In this document: in pieces, positions 19,583-29,885 of the stretch | How positions within the stretch are numbered: the first letter of the stretch is position 1 | Layout: every line of letters starts with the position of its first letter | Source: an uncultured Candidatus Rokubacteria bacterium | GTDB taxonomy: Bacteria; Methylomirabilota; Methylomirabilia; Rokubacteriales; DASRDR01 | DNA length: 64,000 bases | Assembly (NCBI GenBank): GCA_963826115.1 | Contig: CAWGVS010000006.1 | Coordinates: 800,001 to 864,000, forward strand | Direction of reading: 5' to 3' | Notes under the pieces: model-generated | Database searches by the model: none | Told to the model about the DNA's origin: nothing | Seen by the model: only the letters and a program-made list of their open reading frames with translations | Program-made: the position numbers and the translations under genes

Positions 19583-20990
19583 TCAGCGGCGGATCGCGCG
19601 GGCGGCGTCGCGGCCGGCCAGCATCCCGTAGCCGAGGGCCGTGAGGAGGCCGTTGCCGGAGAAGTAGCCGCCGGGGCCGTGCCCCGAGAGCCCCGCGGCG
19701 GTGCCGCCGCCGGCGTAGAGGTTCGGCACGGGCGTGCCGTCCGCGCGGAGGACACGCGCCGCGCGGTCCACGACCAGCCCGCCCTGCGTGTGGAAGAGCG
19801 CGCCCGTGACCCGGACGCCGTGGAGCGGGGGCTCGAGGCGGCGGCAGTCGCGCCGCCCGAAGGCGTCGGGCCGCCGGCCGTCGGCCGCTCCGGTCGTACT
19901 CCGCGAGCGTCGTCTCGAGCGCGGGGACGGGGAGGCCGAGGCGCGCCGCGAGCGCCGCGGCGTCGGGCGCGGTCACGACGGCCCCGGCCTCGAGCGCCTG
20001 CCGGTAGTCCTCGAAGCCGAGCGCGAGCCGATGGAGGCGCGCGTCGTACACGTTCCACGCCACGCCGTCCGGCTGGGCGAGGACGCGCAGCGCGTGCTCG
20101 GAGTACCCCGTGGTCTCGTCGCCGAACCGCCGGCCGTCGCGGTTCACCTGGACGCCGCCCTCGGTGACGAGCGCGTAGGTGATCAGGATCCCGTGGGGCA
20201 CCGCGACCGAGGCGTGGGCCTGATAGGCGTCCATGAACGCGATCGCGCCGCCGAGGGCCTGACCCCAGCGGATGGCCTCGCCGGTGTTGCCCTCGCCGCC
20301 GAAGTAGTACGCGCCGGCGACCTCGGGGCAGTAGCGCGCCAGCATCGCCCGGTTGGCGGCGAAGCCGTTCGCCGCGAGGACGACCGCGCGCGCGCCGATC
20401 CGCTCCCGCCGCCCGTCCCGCTCGGCGACGACGCCGCGCACCGCGCCGCCCTCGTCGGCGATGAGCCCGGTCACCCCCGCGCCCTCCACCACCTCGGCCC
20501 GCGGGTGGGCCGCGACCGCGCGGCGGAGGTCCGCCCAGAGCGCGGCGCCGGTCCGGCTGGGCGGCGCGTGCATGCGGAACTCGGTGTGCCCGGGATACTT
20601 GAAGTCGTGGACGAAGGTGAGGGCGACGCCCACCTCGTCGACCAGCCACTCCACCAGCTCGACGGCCACCCGGCAGAGGTGTCGCGTCGTCTCCGGGTCG
20701 GAGGCGTGGCCGTTCTTCCGGAGGATGTCCGCCGCCATCGCGTCCGGGGCCTCGACGACGCCGGCGGCCCGCTGGAGGCGGGTGCCGGCCGCGGGCACCA
20801 TCCCGCCCGAGCGGGCGGTGTTGCACCACGGCCGCGCCTGCTTCTCGAGGACGAGGACGTCCGCGCCGCCCTGGGCGGCGGCGATCGCCGCGGTCAGCCC
20901 GCAGCCGCCGCCGCCGACCACCACCACGTCGGCCTCGAGGTCGAATCGGCCCGTGTGCGGAACGAGGCCGGCGTCCTCCGACACGGACAC
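19583..20990 (-). CDS. Flavoprotein of the fumarate reductase/flavocytochrome c family, apparent frameshift at about 19889
   Basis: VVGGGGCGL, NTARSGG, GNTGE, VNRDGRRF.DE. After the shift: FHTQGGL, PNLYAGGG, YFSGNGL..A.GYG. Confidence 0.85.
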
Positions 20991-20993
20991 GGC

Positions 20994-21410
20994 CTACTTC
21001 TTCGGGCCCATCCCGATGTCGCGGAAGCGGTCGACCGAGTCGCTCGGCGCGAAGTCCTCGAGCTCGAACAGCTGGCGCACCTCGATCTCCGCGGGCTTGC
21101 CCTCGCCGGCGGGATTGGGGAAGCGCTTCGTCCACGCGAGCGCCTCGTCCCGGGACTTGACCTGGATCAGCGTGTAGCCGGCGATGAGCTCCTTCGTCTC
21201 GGCGAAGGGCCCGTCGGTCAGGGTGCGCTTCTGACCGTCGTACCGGATCCGCCACCCCTCCTTGGTCGGCTGGAGGCCCGAGCCGTCGAGGAGGACTCCC
21301 GCGCGCGCGAGCTCCTCGTGGTAAGCGGCCATCTGGGCGATGAGCGCCTCCTCCGGCATGACGCCGGCCTCCGAGTCCCTGGTGGCCTTGACGATGATCA
21401 TGAATCGCAT
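20994..21410 (-). CDS. YciI (DGPF-domain) protein
   Basis: MRFMIIVKA, GLQP, DGPFAETKELIAG, IEVRQL. Confidence 0.9.
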   Translation of the reverse strand: MRFMIIVKATRDSEAGVMPEEALIAQMAAYHEELARAGVLLDGSGLQPTKEGWRIRYDGQKRTLTDGPFAETKELIAGYTLIQVKSRDEALAWTKRFPNPAGEGKPAEIEVRQLFELEDFAPSDSVDRFRDIGMGPKK

Positions 21411-21645
21411 GGCGCCGTCTCCCTCTGTGCCGCTACCAGTGCCGCCGGTTGTCGGGGCCGGAGCCCGCGCTCCGGCGTCCGAGGCGGCCGGCCGCCCTCT
21501 TCACCATTGGTCGTCCGGCGCCGCTCGAGATCGACATCGGGCGCATCGGCCCCTCGCGTCCGATGGTACCCTAGGGCGGCGGGTGCCCGGCCGGGCCCGC
21601 TCCCCACGCGACACGGACACGCGAGCACAGAGGAGGAGAGCCGTC

Positions 21646-22881
21646 ATGGACAGATCCCCCCACGTCACCCGTCGCAGCTTCGTCCGGGGCGCTGGCCTCG
21701 CCGGGGCCGCGGTCCTCGGCTTCCCGGCCGTGCTGCGGGCCCAGGCCCGCGAGATCAAGGTCGGACACGTGCACCCCCTGTCCGGCGCCCTCGCGTTCGA
21801 CGGCGGGCTCGTGGTCAACGGCCTGACGCTCGCGGTCGAGGAGATCAACGCCGGCGGCGGGATCAAGTCGCAGGGCGGGGCCCGTCTCGTCCTCTCGGGC
21901 GGGGACAGCCAGGGCAAGCCCGAGGTCGGCACCGCCGAGGCGGAGCGGCTGATCCGTGAGGGCGTCGTCGCGGTGCTCGGGCCCTACCAGAGCCCGGTCG
22001 CGTACAACATCTCGCAGCTCGCCGAGAAGGAGAAGACGCCCTTCGTCATCACGGTGGCGGTGGCGGACAACATCACCGAACGGGGTTTCGAGTACACGTT
22101 CCGCGTCCAGCCGAACGCCCGCGCGATGACGACGAAGAGCCTCGACCACCTCGCCGAGCTGGCCAAGACGACCGGGACCACGGTCAAGACGCTGGCGATG
22201 ATGCACGAGGACGGGCTCTTCGGGACCACCGTCGCCGGCCACGTCGAGAAGTACGCCAAGAACGTGGGCATGGAGCTCACGCTCCGCGTGCCGTACAGCC
22301 TCCGCACCGCCGACGTGACGACCGAGGTGACCAAGATCAAGGCGGCCAAGCCCGACGTGGTCATCGTGACCGGCTACTTTGGCGACGCGCTCCTCGTCGC
22401 CCGGACCGCGACCGAGGTCCGGCTCGAGACCAAGGCGGTCATGGGCATCTCGAACGGTGGGTTCTCCAACCCGAAGTTCCTCGCCGACCAGAAGGAGCTC
22501 TCCGACCTGATCCTGGACGGCAACTACTGGCACAACCCCAAGAGCGAGCGGGCCAAGCGGGTGATGGAGGCGTACCAGAAGCGCTTCAGCTCGCCGATGT
22601 CCTCCCACTCCGTCCAGGCGTACAGCGCGACGATGGTCCTCCGGGACGCACTGGAGCGGGCCGGCAACACCGACCGGGCGAAGCTCCGCGAGGCGCTGGC
22701 CGCGACGAACCTCGCCGACCACATCCTGCCGCAGGGGCCGATCCAGTTCGACAAGACCGGCGAGAACGCCAACGCGCAGTCGGCCCTGCTCCAGAACCAG
22801 GGCGGCAAGACCGTGGTTGTGGGCCCGGCGCAGTTTGCCGAGGCCAAGGCCGTCTTCCCCGTTCCCCGCTGGTCGCGCTGA
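21646..22881 (+). CDS. Liv-type ABC transporter substrate-binding protein, Tat signal
   Basis: TRRSFV Tat motif, IKVG..HPLSG, EINAGGGI, DSQGKPE. AGGAGG RBS. Confidence 0.9.
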   Translation: MDRSPHVTRRSFVRGAGLAGAAVLGFPAVLRAQAREIKVGHVHPLSGALAFDGGLVVNGLTLAVEEINAGGGIKSQGGARLVLSGGDSQGKPEVGTAEAERLIREGVVAVLGPYQSPVAYNISQLAEKEKTPFVITVAVADNITERGFEYTFRVQPNARAMTTKSLDHLAELAKTTGTTVKTLAMMHEDGLFGTTVAGHVEKYAKNVGMELTLRVPYSLRTADVTTEVTKIKAAKPDVVIVTGYFGDALLVARTATEVRLETKAVMGISNGGFSNPKFLADQKELSDLILDGNYWHNPKSERAKRVMEAYQKRFSSPMSSHSVQAYSATMVLRDALERAGNTDRAKLREALAATNLADHILPQGPIQFDKTGENANAQSALLQNQGGKTVVVGPAQFAEAKAVFPVPRWSR

Positions 22882-22942
22882 CGCTCCGTCCGTCCCCGGC
22901 GCCGCCTGAGGTTTCGGGCGGCGCCGGCGGGCGCCCGCGGCC

Positions 22943-23812
22943 ATGACGACGCTCCTCTGGCAGGCCACCGTCTCCGGGGTGCTCATCGGAGGCGTCTATG
23001 CCTTGGTGGCGCTCGGGCTGACCCTCGTCTTCGGCGTGCTCCGCATCATCAACTTTGCGCACGGCACACTGATGATGCTCGGGATGTACGCGACCTTCTT
23101 CCTGTGGAGTCTCGCGGGCGTCGATCCGTACGTGTCGGTCGTCATCGTGGGGCCGGCGTTCTTCCTCGCCGGCATCCTCATCGAGCGGCTCGTCATCGCA
23201 CCGAACCGGGCCGCGCCCGAGGCGAACCAGCTCCTCCTGACGCTCGGGCTGGCGCTGTTCCTGGAGAACGCGGCCCTCGCCGCGTTCCGGGCGGACCCCC
23301 GGAGCCTCCAGCTCGGCTACCGGCTGCCGCCGATCCTGCTCGGGGAGGCGGTCGTGAACGTGCCGCGGCTCGTGGCGTTCCTGGCCTCCATCGCCCTCGC
23401 CGTCCTCCTCTGGCTCTTCCTCCGCTACACGGACACCGGCAAGGCCATCCGGGCCGCGGCGGAGGAGCGCGAGGGCGCCCTCCTGATGGGCATCGACGTC
23501 CGCCGGCTCGATTCCCTCGCGTTCGGGCTGGGCGCGGCGCTGGTCGCGGTCGCCGGGAGCCTGGTGACGCCGTTCCTCTACGTCGCGCCGGACGTCGGCG
23601 ACGTCTTCAACATCCTCGCCTTCGTGATCGTGGTCCTCGGCGGGATGGGGAGCTTCCTCGGGGCCCTCCTCGGCGGCTTCGTGGTCGGGCTGGCGGAATC
23701 GATCGGCGCCGCGGTCCTGCCGGGCTCGCTCAAGCAGCTGCCGATCTTCGCGCTCTTCGTCCTGGTGCTGCTGTTCCGCCCGAACGGGCTCCTCGGCCGC
23801 GCCCGTGGCTAG
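22943..23812 (+). CDS. livH: Branched-chain amino acid ABC permease
   Basis: YALVALGLTLVFG..IINFAHG, GKAIRAAA, VVLGGMGS. Confidence 0.9.
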   Translation: MTTLLWQATVSGVLIGGVYALVALGLTLVFGVLRIINFAHGTLMMLGMYATFFLWSLAGVDPYVSVVIVGPAFFLAGILIERLVIAPNRAAPEANQLLLTLGLALFLENAALAAFRADPRSLQLGYRLPPILLGEAVVNVPRLVAFLASIALAVLLWLFLRYTDTGKAIRAAAEEREGALLMGIDVRRLDSLAFGLGAALVAVAGSLVTPFLYVAPDVGDVFNILAFVIVVLGGMGSFLGALLGGFVVGLAESIGAAVLPGSLKQLPIFALFVLVLLFRPNGLLGRARG

Positions 23813-24767
23813 CCTCGCGGCGGCGCTCGTGGCCGTGGCGCTCCTCGCGGTGCCGCCGTTCCTCTCGCCCTACGCGGTCCACACGCTGGTGCTCGTGCTC
23901 TTCTTCGCCTACCTCGGCACGGCCTGGAACGTGCTGGGCGGATACGCCGGACAGTTCTCCTTCGGCCACGCGGCGTTCTTCGGCATCGGCGCCTACACGT
24001 CGACCTTGCTCCTGGTCCGGCTCGACGTGAGTCCGTGGCTCGGGCTCCTGGCGGGCGGCGTCCTCGCGGCGGCCTTCGGCTGCTTCGCGGCGTACCTGTC
24101 GTTCCGCTACGGGCTCCGCGGCCCGTACTTCGCCCTGGTGACGCTCGCCTTCGCGGAGATGCTGCGGCTCATCGCCGTGAACTGGATGGCCATCGGGGGG
24201 CCGATGGGGATCCTCATGCCGCTCTCGAAGACGGGCGACTCGCTCTGGCGTCTCCAGTTCCGCGAGAAGCTGCCGTACTACTACGTGGCGCTCGCGCTGG
24301 TGGCGGCGGCGCTCGCGCTCGTGCGGGCCATCGAGCGGTCGCGTCTCGGCTACCTGCTGGCCGCCATCCGCGAGAACGAGGACGCGGCCGAGGCATCCGG
24401 CGTGGACACGATGCGGGCGAAGCTCGTCGCGATGGCAGTGTCCGCGTTCCTGACCGCCGTCGGCGGCACGTTCTACGCGCAGTACTTCACCTTCATCGAC
24501 CCGGGTCTGGTCTTCGGCCCGTCGGTGTCGGTCGAGATCCTCCTCCGTCCGATCGTGGGCGGACCCGGGACGCTGTTCGGTCCGCTCCTCGGGTCGGTCG
24601 TCCTCACGCCCCTGTCCGAGGCGACACGCGCGCTCATCCGCGGGCGCCCGGGCGTCGACGTGATGGTGTACGGCGCGCTCCTGGTCCTCGTGATCACGTT
24701 CCTCCCGGGCGGGCTCGTGGGCGCGTGGCGCCGCGCGCGCCGCTCGTGGAGACCCCGGCAGGCCTGA
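23805..24767 (+). CDS. livM: Branched-chain amino acid ABC permease
   Basis: GYAGQFSFGHAAFFGIGAY, LRGPYFALVTLAF, AIRENEDAA. Confidence 0.9.
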   Translation: MASLAAALVAVALLAVPPFLSPYAVHTLVLVLFFAYLGTAWNVLGGYAGQFSFGHAAFFGIGAYTSTLLLVRLDVSPWLGLLAGGVLAAAFGCFAAYLSFRYGLRGPYFALVTLAFAEMLRLIAVNWMAIGGPMGILMPLSKTGDSLWRLQFREKLPYYYVALALVAAALALVRAIERSRLGYLLAAIRENEDAAEASGVDTMRAKLVAMAVSAFLTAVGGTFYAQYFTFIDPGLVFGPSVSVEILLRPIVGGPGTLFGPLLGSVVLTPLSEATRALIRGRPGVDVMVYGALLVLVITFLPGGLVGAWRRARRSWRPRQA

Positions 24768-24772
24768 GCCGC

Positions 24773-25501
24773 GTGGCGCTGCTCGAGGTGCGCGGGCTGA
24801 CGAAGCGCTTCGGCGGGCTCCTCGCCGTCTCCCGGGTCGACTTCGCCGTCGAGCCGGGCGAGGTCTGCGGGATCATCGGCCCGAACGGGGCGGGGAAGAC
24901 CACGCTCTTTCACCTGATGACCGGGTTCCATCGCCCGACGGCCGGAGACGTGCGCTTCGACGGGCGCTCGATCGCCGGGCTCCGACCCCACCAGGTGTGC
25001 CGGCTCGGCATGGCGCGCACGTTCCAGATCGTCCAGCCGTTTCCCGGGCTGACCGTTCTCGACAACGCGGCGGTCGGCGCGTTCACGCGGCACCGCGAGG
25101 TGGCGGCGGCCCGCGCGGCGGCCCGCGCGGCCCTCGACCTGGTCGGCCTCTCGGCCCAGGCCGAGCGCCTGGCGGGGACGCTCACCCTGTCGGACCGGCG
25201 CCGGCTCGAGCTCGCGCGGGCGCTCGCGACCGGGCCGCGGCTCCTGCTCCTGGACGAGGTGATGTCCGGGCTCACGCCGACCGAGGTCTCGGGCATGATC
25301 GACCTCTGCCGGCGGCTTCGGGACCGCGGGCTCACGATCCTCGTGATCGAGCACCTCCTCCGCGCGATCATGACCCTCTCGGACCGTATCGTCGTCCTGG
25401 ACCACGGCGAGAAGATCGCCGAGGGCCCGCCGGCGGCGATCGCACGGGACCCGCTCGTCATCGAGGCCTACCTCGGCGTCGCGGCCGGCCGCGATGGCTG
25501 A
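24773..25501 (+). CDS. livG: ABC ATP-binding protein
   Basis: GPNGAGKTT, RTFQ, LLLDE, IEH. GTG start at 24773. Confidence 0.9.
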   Translation: MALLEVRGLTKRFGGLLAVSRVDFAVEPGEVCGIIGPNGAGKTTLFHLMTGFHRPTAGDVRFDGRSIAGLRPHQVCRLGMARTFQIVQPFPGLTVLDNAAVGAFTRHREVAAARAAARAALDLVGLSAQAERLAGTLTLSDRRRLELARALATGPRLLLLDEVMSGLTPTEVSGMIDLCRRLRDRGLTILVIEHLLRAIMTLSDRIVVLDHGEKIAEGPPAAIARDPLVIEAYLGVAAGRDG

Positions 25502-25516
25502 GCCGGGCCGGCCGAT

Positions 25517-26296
25517 GTGGTGGCCGGGGAGCCCGTGAGCGGGGCCGGCGCGCCCGTCCTGCCGGAGGGCGGAGCCGTCCCGGCGCCGCCCGTGTTGGAA
25601 GTGCGCGGCCTGCACGCCGGGTATCGCGACGTGCCCGTCCTCCGGGGAGTCTCGTTGACGGTGGGCGCCGGCGAGATCGTGGCCCTGGTCGGCGCCAACG
25701 GCGCGGGGAAGACCACGACCCTGCGGGCGATCGCGGGCCTCCTTGGACCCTCCGACGGCGAGATCCACTTCGGCGGCACCCGCATCGACGGGATGCCGGC
25801 CCACGAGGTGGTCGGGCGGGGTCTCGTCCTCACGCCCGAGGGGCGCAAGATCTTCCCCTCGCTCACGGTCCGGGAGAACCTGGACCTCGGCGGCTACCTG
25901 CCGGGAGCGCGGAGCCGGCGCGCGGCGTCGCGCGATCGCGTGATGACCCTCTTCCCCATCCTCCGGGACCGACAGCGCCAGGTGGCGGGCACGCTGTCCG
26001 GCGGCGAGCAGCAGATGCTCGCCATCGCGCGGAGCCTCATGTCGGAGCCCCGGCTCCTCATGCTCGACGAGCCGTCCCTCGGACTCGCCCCGCTGATCGT
26101 CGACCGGATCCTCGACGTGATCCAGGCCATCAACCGGGACGGCACTCCGGTCCTCCTGGTCGAGCAGAACGTTCACCGCGCGCTGGCGCTCGCGACGCGC
26201 GCCTACGTTCTGGAGCAGGGGGCCGTGACCCTCACCGGCGCGGGGCCGGCGCTCGCCGCCCGCGAGGACGTTCGCCGCGCCTATCTAGGCCTCTGA
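25517..26296 (+). CDS. livF: ABC ATP-binding protein
   Basis: GANGAGKTT, PEGR, LSGGEQQM, LDEPSLGLAP, VEQN. Confidence 0.9.
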   Translation: MVAGEPVSGAGAPVLPEGGAVPAPPVLEVRGLHAGYRDVPVLRGVSLTVGAGEIVALVGANGAGKTTTLRAIAGLLGPSDGEIHFGGTRIDGMPAHEVVGRGLVLTPEGRKIFPSLTVRENLDLGGYLPGARSRRAASRDRVMTLFPILRDRQRQVAGTLSGGEQQMLAIARSLMSEPRLLMLDEPSLGLAPLIVDRILDVIQAINRDGTPVLLVEQNVHRALALATRAYVLEQGAVTLTGAGPALAAREDVRRAYLGL

Positions 26297-26399
26297 CGGG
26301 GCGCTGCGGCAGGACGCCTCCGGGTTGACTCTGGACACCGTCGGGCACTAGATTCCGGCTCGCCGCCATCGCCGGGCGCGGGCCCGTGCCGGGCGGCAG

Positions 26400-27728
26400 C
26401 TACGTGAGCAGCGCGAGGGGCTCTTCGACGAGCTCGGCCAAGGTGGCGAGGAACTGGGCGCCGCGAGCACCGTCCAGCGCCCGGTGATCGCACGACAGGG
26501 TCAGCACCATCATGGGCTGGACGGCCGGCTGGCCGTTGACGGCGACGACGCGGTCGGCGATGCGCCCCACGGCGAGGATCGCGGCCTGCGGCGGGTTCAC
26601 GATCGCGGTGAAGCCGTCGACGCCGTACATGCCCAGGTTGCTGATCGTGAAGCCGCCTCCCGTGATGTCGGCGGGCCGGAGGCGTCCCGCCTGGGCGCGG
26701 CCGACCAGCGCCTCGCGCTCGGCCACGAGCTCGGCCAGGCCCAGCCGGTCGGCGTGGTGGATCACCGGGACGACCAGCCCGTCGTCGATGGCCACGGCCA
26801 GGCCGATGTTGATCTCGGCCTGGCGCACGATGCCGCCGTCCTGCCAGGACGCGTTCACTCCGGGGTGTTGCCCGATGGCGGCGGCGACCAGCTTCACGAG
26901 GAGGTCGGTGTAGGTCACGCGGACGCCGGTCCGCTTCACCGCGCGCTCCCGCCAGGCGACCAGTCGGCTCGCATTGACCTCGCGCACCAGGTGGAACTGG
27001 GGCGCGGTGGTCCAGCTCGCGGTCATGCGCTCGACCATGACGCGCCAGATGGTACCGACGCGCGGCGCGCCGGCCGGGGCCGCCGCGGGCGCGGCGGCGG
27101 CGACGCGGGCGGGGGCCGCGGCCAGGACGTCGGCGGTCAGGACGGCGCCGCCCGGCCCGGAGCCGCGGAGGTCGGCCACCTCGAGGCCACGCTCGGCGGC
27201 GAGCCGCCGCGCCTTGGGCGAGGCCGGCGCGAGGCGCGGGGTCGGCCCGTTGCCTGCCTTCGCGGCTGCCCGGCGCTCGACGAAGGAGAGCACGTCCGCC
27301 TTCTCGATGCGCCCGCCGGTCGCGGTCACGTGGGCGACGTCGACGCCGTGCTGCTCGGCGACCTTCCGTGCGAGCGGGGAGATCCGCGGCCTGGCCCCGG
27401 CGGCGGCGGCCGCCGCCGGCGCGGGGGAGGTGACCGGCTGGGTGCCTGGGGGCGCGGTCGGGGCGGCCGCGGGGCTCGCGCCGGCCTCGTCGGCCCCGAA
27501 GATGAGGGCGATCGTCTGGCCGACCGGGATCACGTCGCCCGCCTGCGCCGTCACCTCGCGGAGGACGCCGGAGGCCGGCGCCTCGATCTCCACGGTCGCC
27601 TTGTCGGTCTCGATCTCGAGCAGCGGGTCGCCCTTTCGCACCGTGTCGCCGGGCGCCCGGAGCCACTGCAGGACCTTTCCGGAGTCCTGCGCCAGCTCGA
27701 GCGCCGGCATGATGACGCGGGCGGGCAT
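26400..27728 (-). CDS. Dihydrolipoamide acyltransferase (E2)
   Basis: Lipoyl ETDKA, two E3-binding-like domains, TISNLG, DHRALDG. Confidence 0.92.
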   Translation of the reverse strand: MPARVIMPALELAQDSGKVLQWLRAPGDTVRKGDPLLEIETDKATVEIEAPASGVLREVTAQAGDVIPVGQTIALIFGADEAGASPAAAPTAPPGTQPVTSPAPAAAAAAGARPRISPLARKVAEQHGVDVAHVTATGGRIEKADVLSFVERRAAAKAGNGPTPRLAPASPKARRLAAERGLEVADLRGSGPGGAVLTADVLAAAPARVAAAAPAAAPAGAPRVGTIWRVMVERMTASWTTAPQFHLVREVNASRLVAWRERAVKRTGVRVTYTDLLVKLVAAAIGQHPGVNASWQDGGIVRQAEINIGLAVAIDDGLVVPVIHHADRLGLAELVAEREALVGRAQAGRLRPADITGGGFTISNLGMYGVDGFTAIVNPPQAAILAVGRIADRVVAVNGQPAVQPMMVLTLSCDHRALDGARGAQFLATLAELVEEPLALLT

Positions 27729-28738
27729 CAGGCGCCCTTGCAGAGGGCCAGGGCGGCGTCGAACACGCTCTTCTCCGTCGGCACCGTCAGGTCTTCCAGC
27801 ACCGGCGAGAACGGCACCGGCACGTCCATGGCGCCCATGCGCTTGACCGGGGCGTCGAGGTAGTAGAAGGCCCCGTCCGCGATCACCGAGGCGATCTCGG
27901 CGGTGACGCCGTAGCGCTCGTAGCCCTCGTCCACCACCAGGGCGCGCGAGGTCTTCCTGGCCGAGGCGATCAGCGTCTCCTTGTCGAGCGGCGCCGTCGT
28001 CCGCGGGTCGATCACCTCGGCGCTGACGCCGCGCTCCTCGAGGAGCTTGGCCGCGCCCAGCGCCACCTGGACCATGCTGCTGGTGGCGACGATGGTGACG
28101 TCGGTGCCCGCGCGCTTGACGTCGGCGACGCCGAGCGGGATCGTGTAGTCCCCTTCCGGCACCGGGCCCTTCATCCGGTACATCATCTTGTCCTCGAAGA
28201 TGACCACCGGGCTGTCGTCGCGGATCGCCGTCTTCATGAGGCCCTTGGCGTCGTGGGGCGTCGCCGGCAGCGCCACCTTGAGGCCCGGGACGTGGCTCAC
28301 CCAGGCCTGGAGCGACTGCGAGTGCTGGGCCGCCGAGCGCCGGGTGGCGCCCAGCGTCGTCCGGAAGACGATCGGCACCTTGATCTTGCCGCCCGACATG
28401 TAGTGGGCCTTGGCCGCCTGGTTGACCATCTGGTCCATGGTCAGCGTGATGAAGTCGCCGAACATGATGTCCACGATCGGCCGCATGCCGGTCATGGCCG
28501 CGCCCACGCCGATGCCCGCGTACCCCGGCTCCGAGATCGGAGTGTCGATGATCCGCTGGGTGCCGAACTCCTGCACCAGGCCCAGCAGCACCTTGAACGG
28601 GTGGCCGGCCTCGGCCACGTCCTCGCCGATGACGAACACGGTGGGGTCGCGGCGCATCTCCTCCGCGATCGCCTCGCGGACCGCCTCGCCGTAGGTGAGC
28701 TCGCGCACGGCCGCGCCAGGCCCGTCAGGCGTAGACAT
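27728..28738 (-). CDS. 2-oxoacid/acetoin dehydrogenase E1 beta
   Basis: GEDV, DTPISE, DQMVNQAAK, AQHSQS, AEVIDPRT. Confidence 0.92.
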   Translation of the reverse strand: MSTPDGPGAAVRELTYGEAVREAIAEEMRRDPTVFVIGEDVAEAGHPFKVLLGLVQEFGTQRIIDTPISEPGYAGIGVGAAMTGMRPIVDIMFGDFITLTMDQMVNQAAKAHYMSGGKIKVPIVFRTTLGATRRSAAQHSQSLQAWVSHVPGLKVALPATPHDAKGLMKTAIRDDSPVVIFEDKMMYRMKGPVPEGDYTIPLGVADVKRAGTDVTIVATSSMVQVALGAAKLLEERGVSAEVIDPRTTAPLDKETLIASARKTSRALVVDEGYERYGVTAEIASVIADGAFYYLDAPVKRMGAMDVPVPFSPVLEDLTVPTEKSVFDAALALCKGA

Positions 28739-29708
28739 CTTCGGTCACCTCGCTGAGCTCGGGGAAGGAGGCGTCCAGGGCGAACTGCACGCCGGCGTCG
28801 ATCTCGGCCTTCACGTCGGCCAGGATGCGGTCGAACACCGCCGGCTCGGAGAGACCCTGGTCGATGAGCCGGGTGGACAGGGTCTGGAGCGGGTCGTGGT
28901 GCGTCATCCAGTCCCGCTCCTCCTCGCGCGACCGGTACTCGCGGTTCACGTCGCCGACGTGGTGGCCGTAGTACCGGTAGGTCTTGCACTCGAGGAACGC
29001 CGGGCCCTCGCCGCGGCGCGCCCGCTCGACCAGCCGGCGCATCGTGCGGTTGACCGCCTGGACGTCCTGGCCGTCGACGCTCTCGCCGTGGACCCCGAAG
29101 GCCCGGGCGCGGGCCACGATGTCGCCGGCGACCGTCTCGCTGGCCGGCGTGTACTCGCCGTAGAGGTTGTTCTCGCAGACGTAGATGACCGGCAGCTTCC
29201 ACAGCGCCGCCATGTTCATGGTCTCGTAGAGGAGTCCCTGGCCGAGCGCGCCGTCGCCGAAGAAGCAGGCCGCGACCTGGCCGGTCCCGCGCATCTTCGC
29301 CGAGAGCGCGGCGCCCGTCGCGATGCCGGTCGAGCCGCCGACGATGGCGTTGGCGCCCAGGTTGCCCGTCTCGGGGTCGGCGATGTGCATCGAGCCGCCC
29401 TTGCCGCGGCAGTAGCCCGGCTCCTTGCCGAGGAGCTCGGCGAACATCCGGTTCACCGCGGCGCCCTTGGCCAGGCAGTGCCCGTGCCCCCGGTGCGTGC
29501 TCGTGATGAAGTCGTCCCGGCGGAGCGCCTCGCACACCCCGACGGCCACCGCCTCCTGGCCCACGTACAGGTGGGCGAGGCCAGGCATCTTCGCGCCCTT
29601 GTACAGCTCGTGCACCTGCTCCTCGAAGGCCCGGATCTTGGCCATCTGGCGAAACATGTGGAGGTGCTGCTCAAGCTCCATCCTGGGTTCGAGCACTTGC
29701 GTCGTCAT
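28725..29708 (-). CDS. 2-oxoacid/acetoin dehydrogenase E1 alpha
   Basis: HLYVGQEA, STHRGHGH, GKGGSMH, TPP motif GDGA...ENN, TYRYYGH. Confidence 0.92.
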   Translation of the reverse strand: MTTQVLEPRMELEQHLHMFRQMAKIRAFEEQVHELYKGAKMPGLAHLYVGQEAVAVGVCEALRRDDFITSTHRGHGHCLAKGAAVNRMFAELLGKEPGYCRGKGGSMHIADPETGNLGANAIVGGSTGIATGAALSAKMRGTGQVAACFFGDGALGQGLLYETMNMAALWKLPVIYVCENNLYGEYTPASETVAGDIVARARAFGVHGESVDGQDVQAVNRTMRRLVERARRGEGPAFLECKTYRYYGHHVGDVNREYRSREEERDWMTHHDPLQTLSTRLIDQGLSEPAVFDRILADVKAEIDAGVQFALDASFPELSEVTEDVYA

Positions 29709-29885
29709 CGACAGGTCCCTTCCGCGTGATCGGGAGTTCGGCGTGCCGGCGCGCATCGCGCGACCCTGCGATGCTCCGCCATGGCGCCCACCGAGTCAAG
29801 GGTCGGAGGCGGTCGGAGGATGCCGGGACCCGCCCGAGGGCACGTGCAGCGGCCCGCGGCGCCACCGCCGCGGCCGCGAGACGGG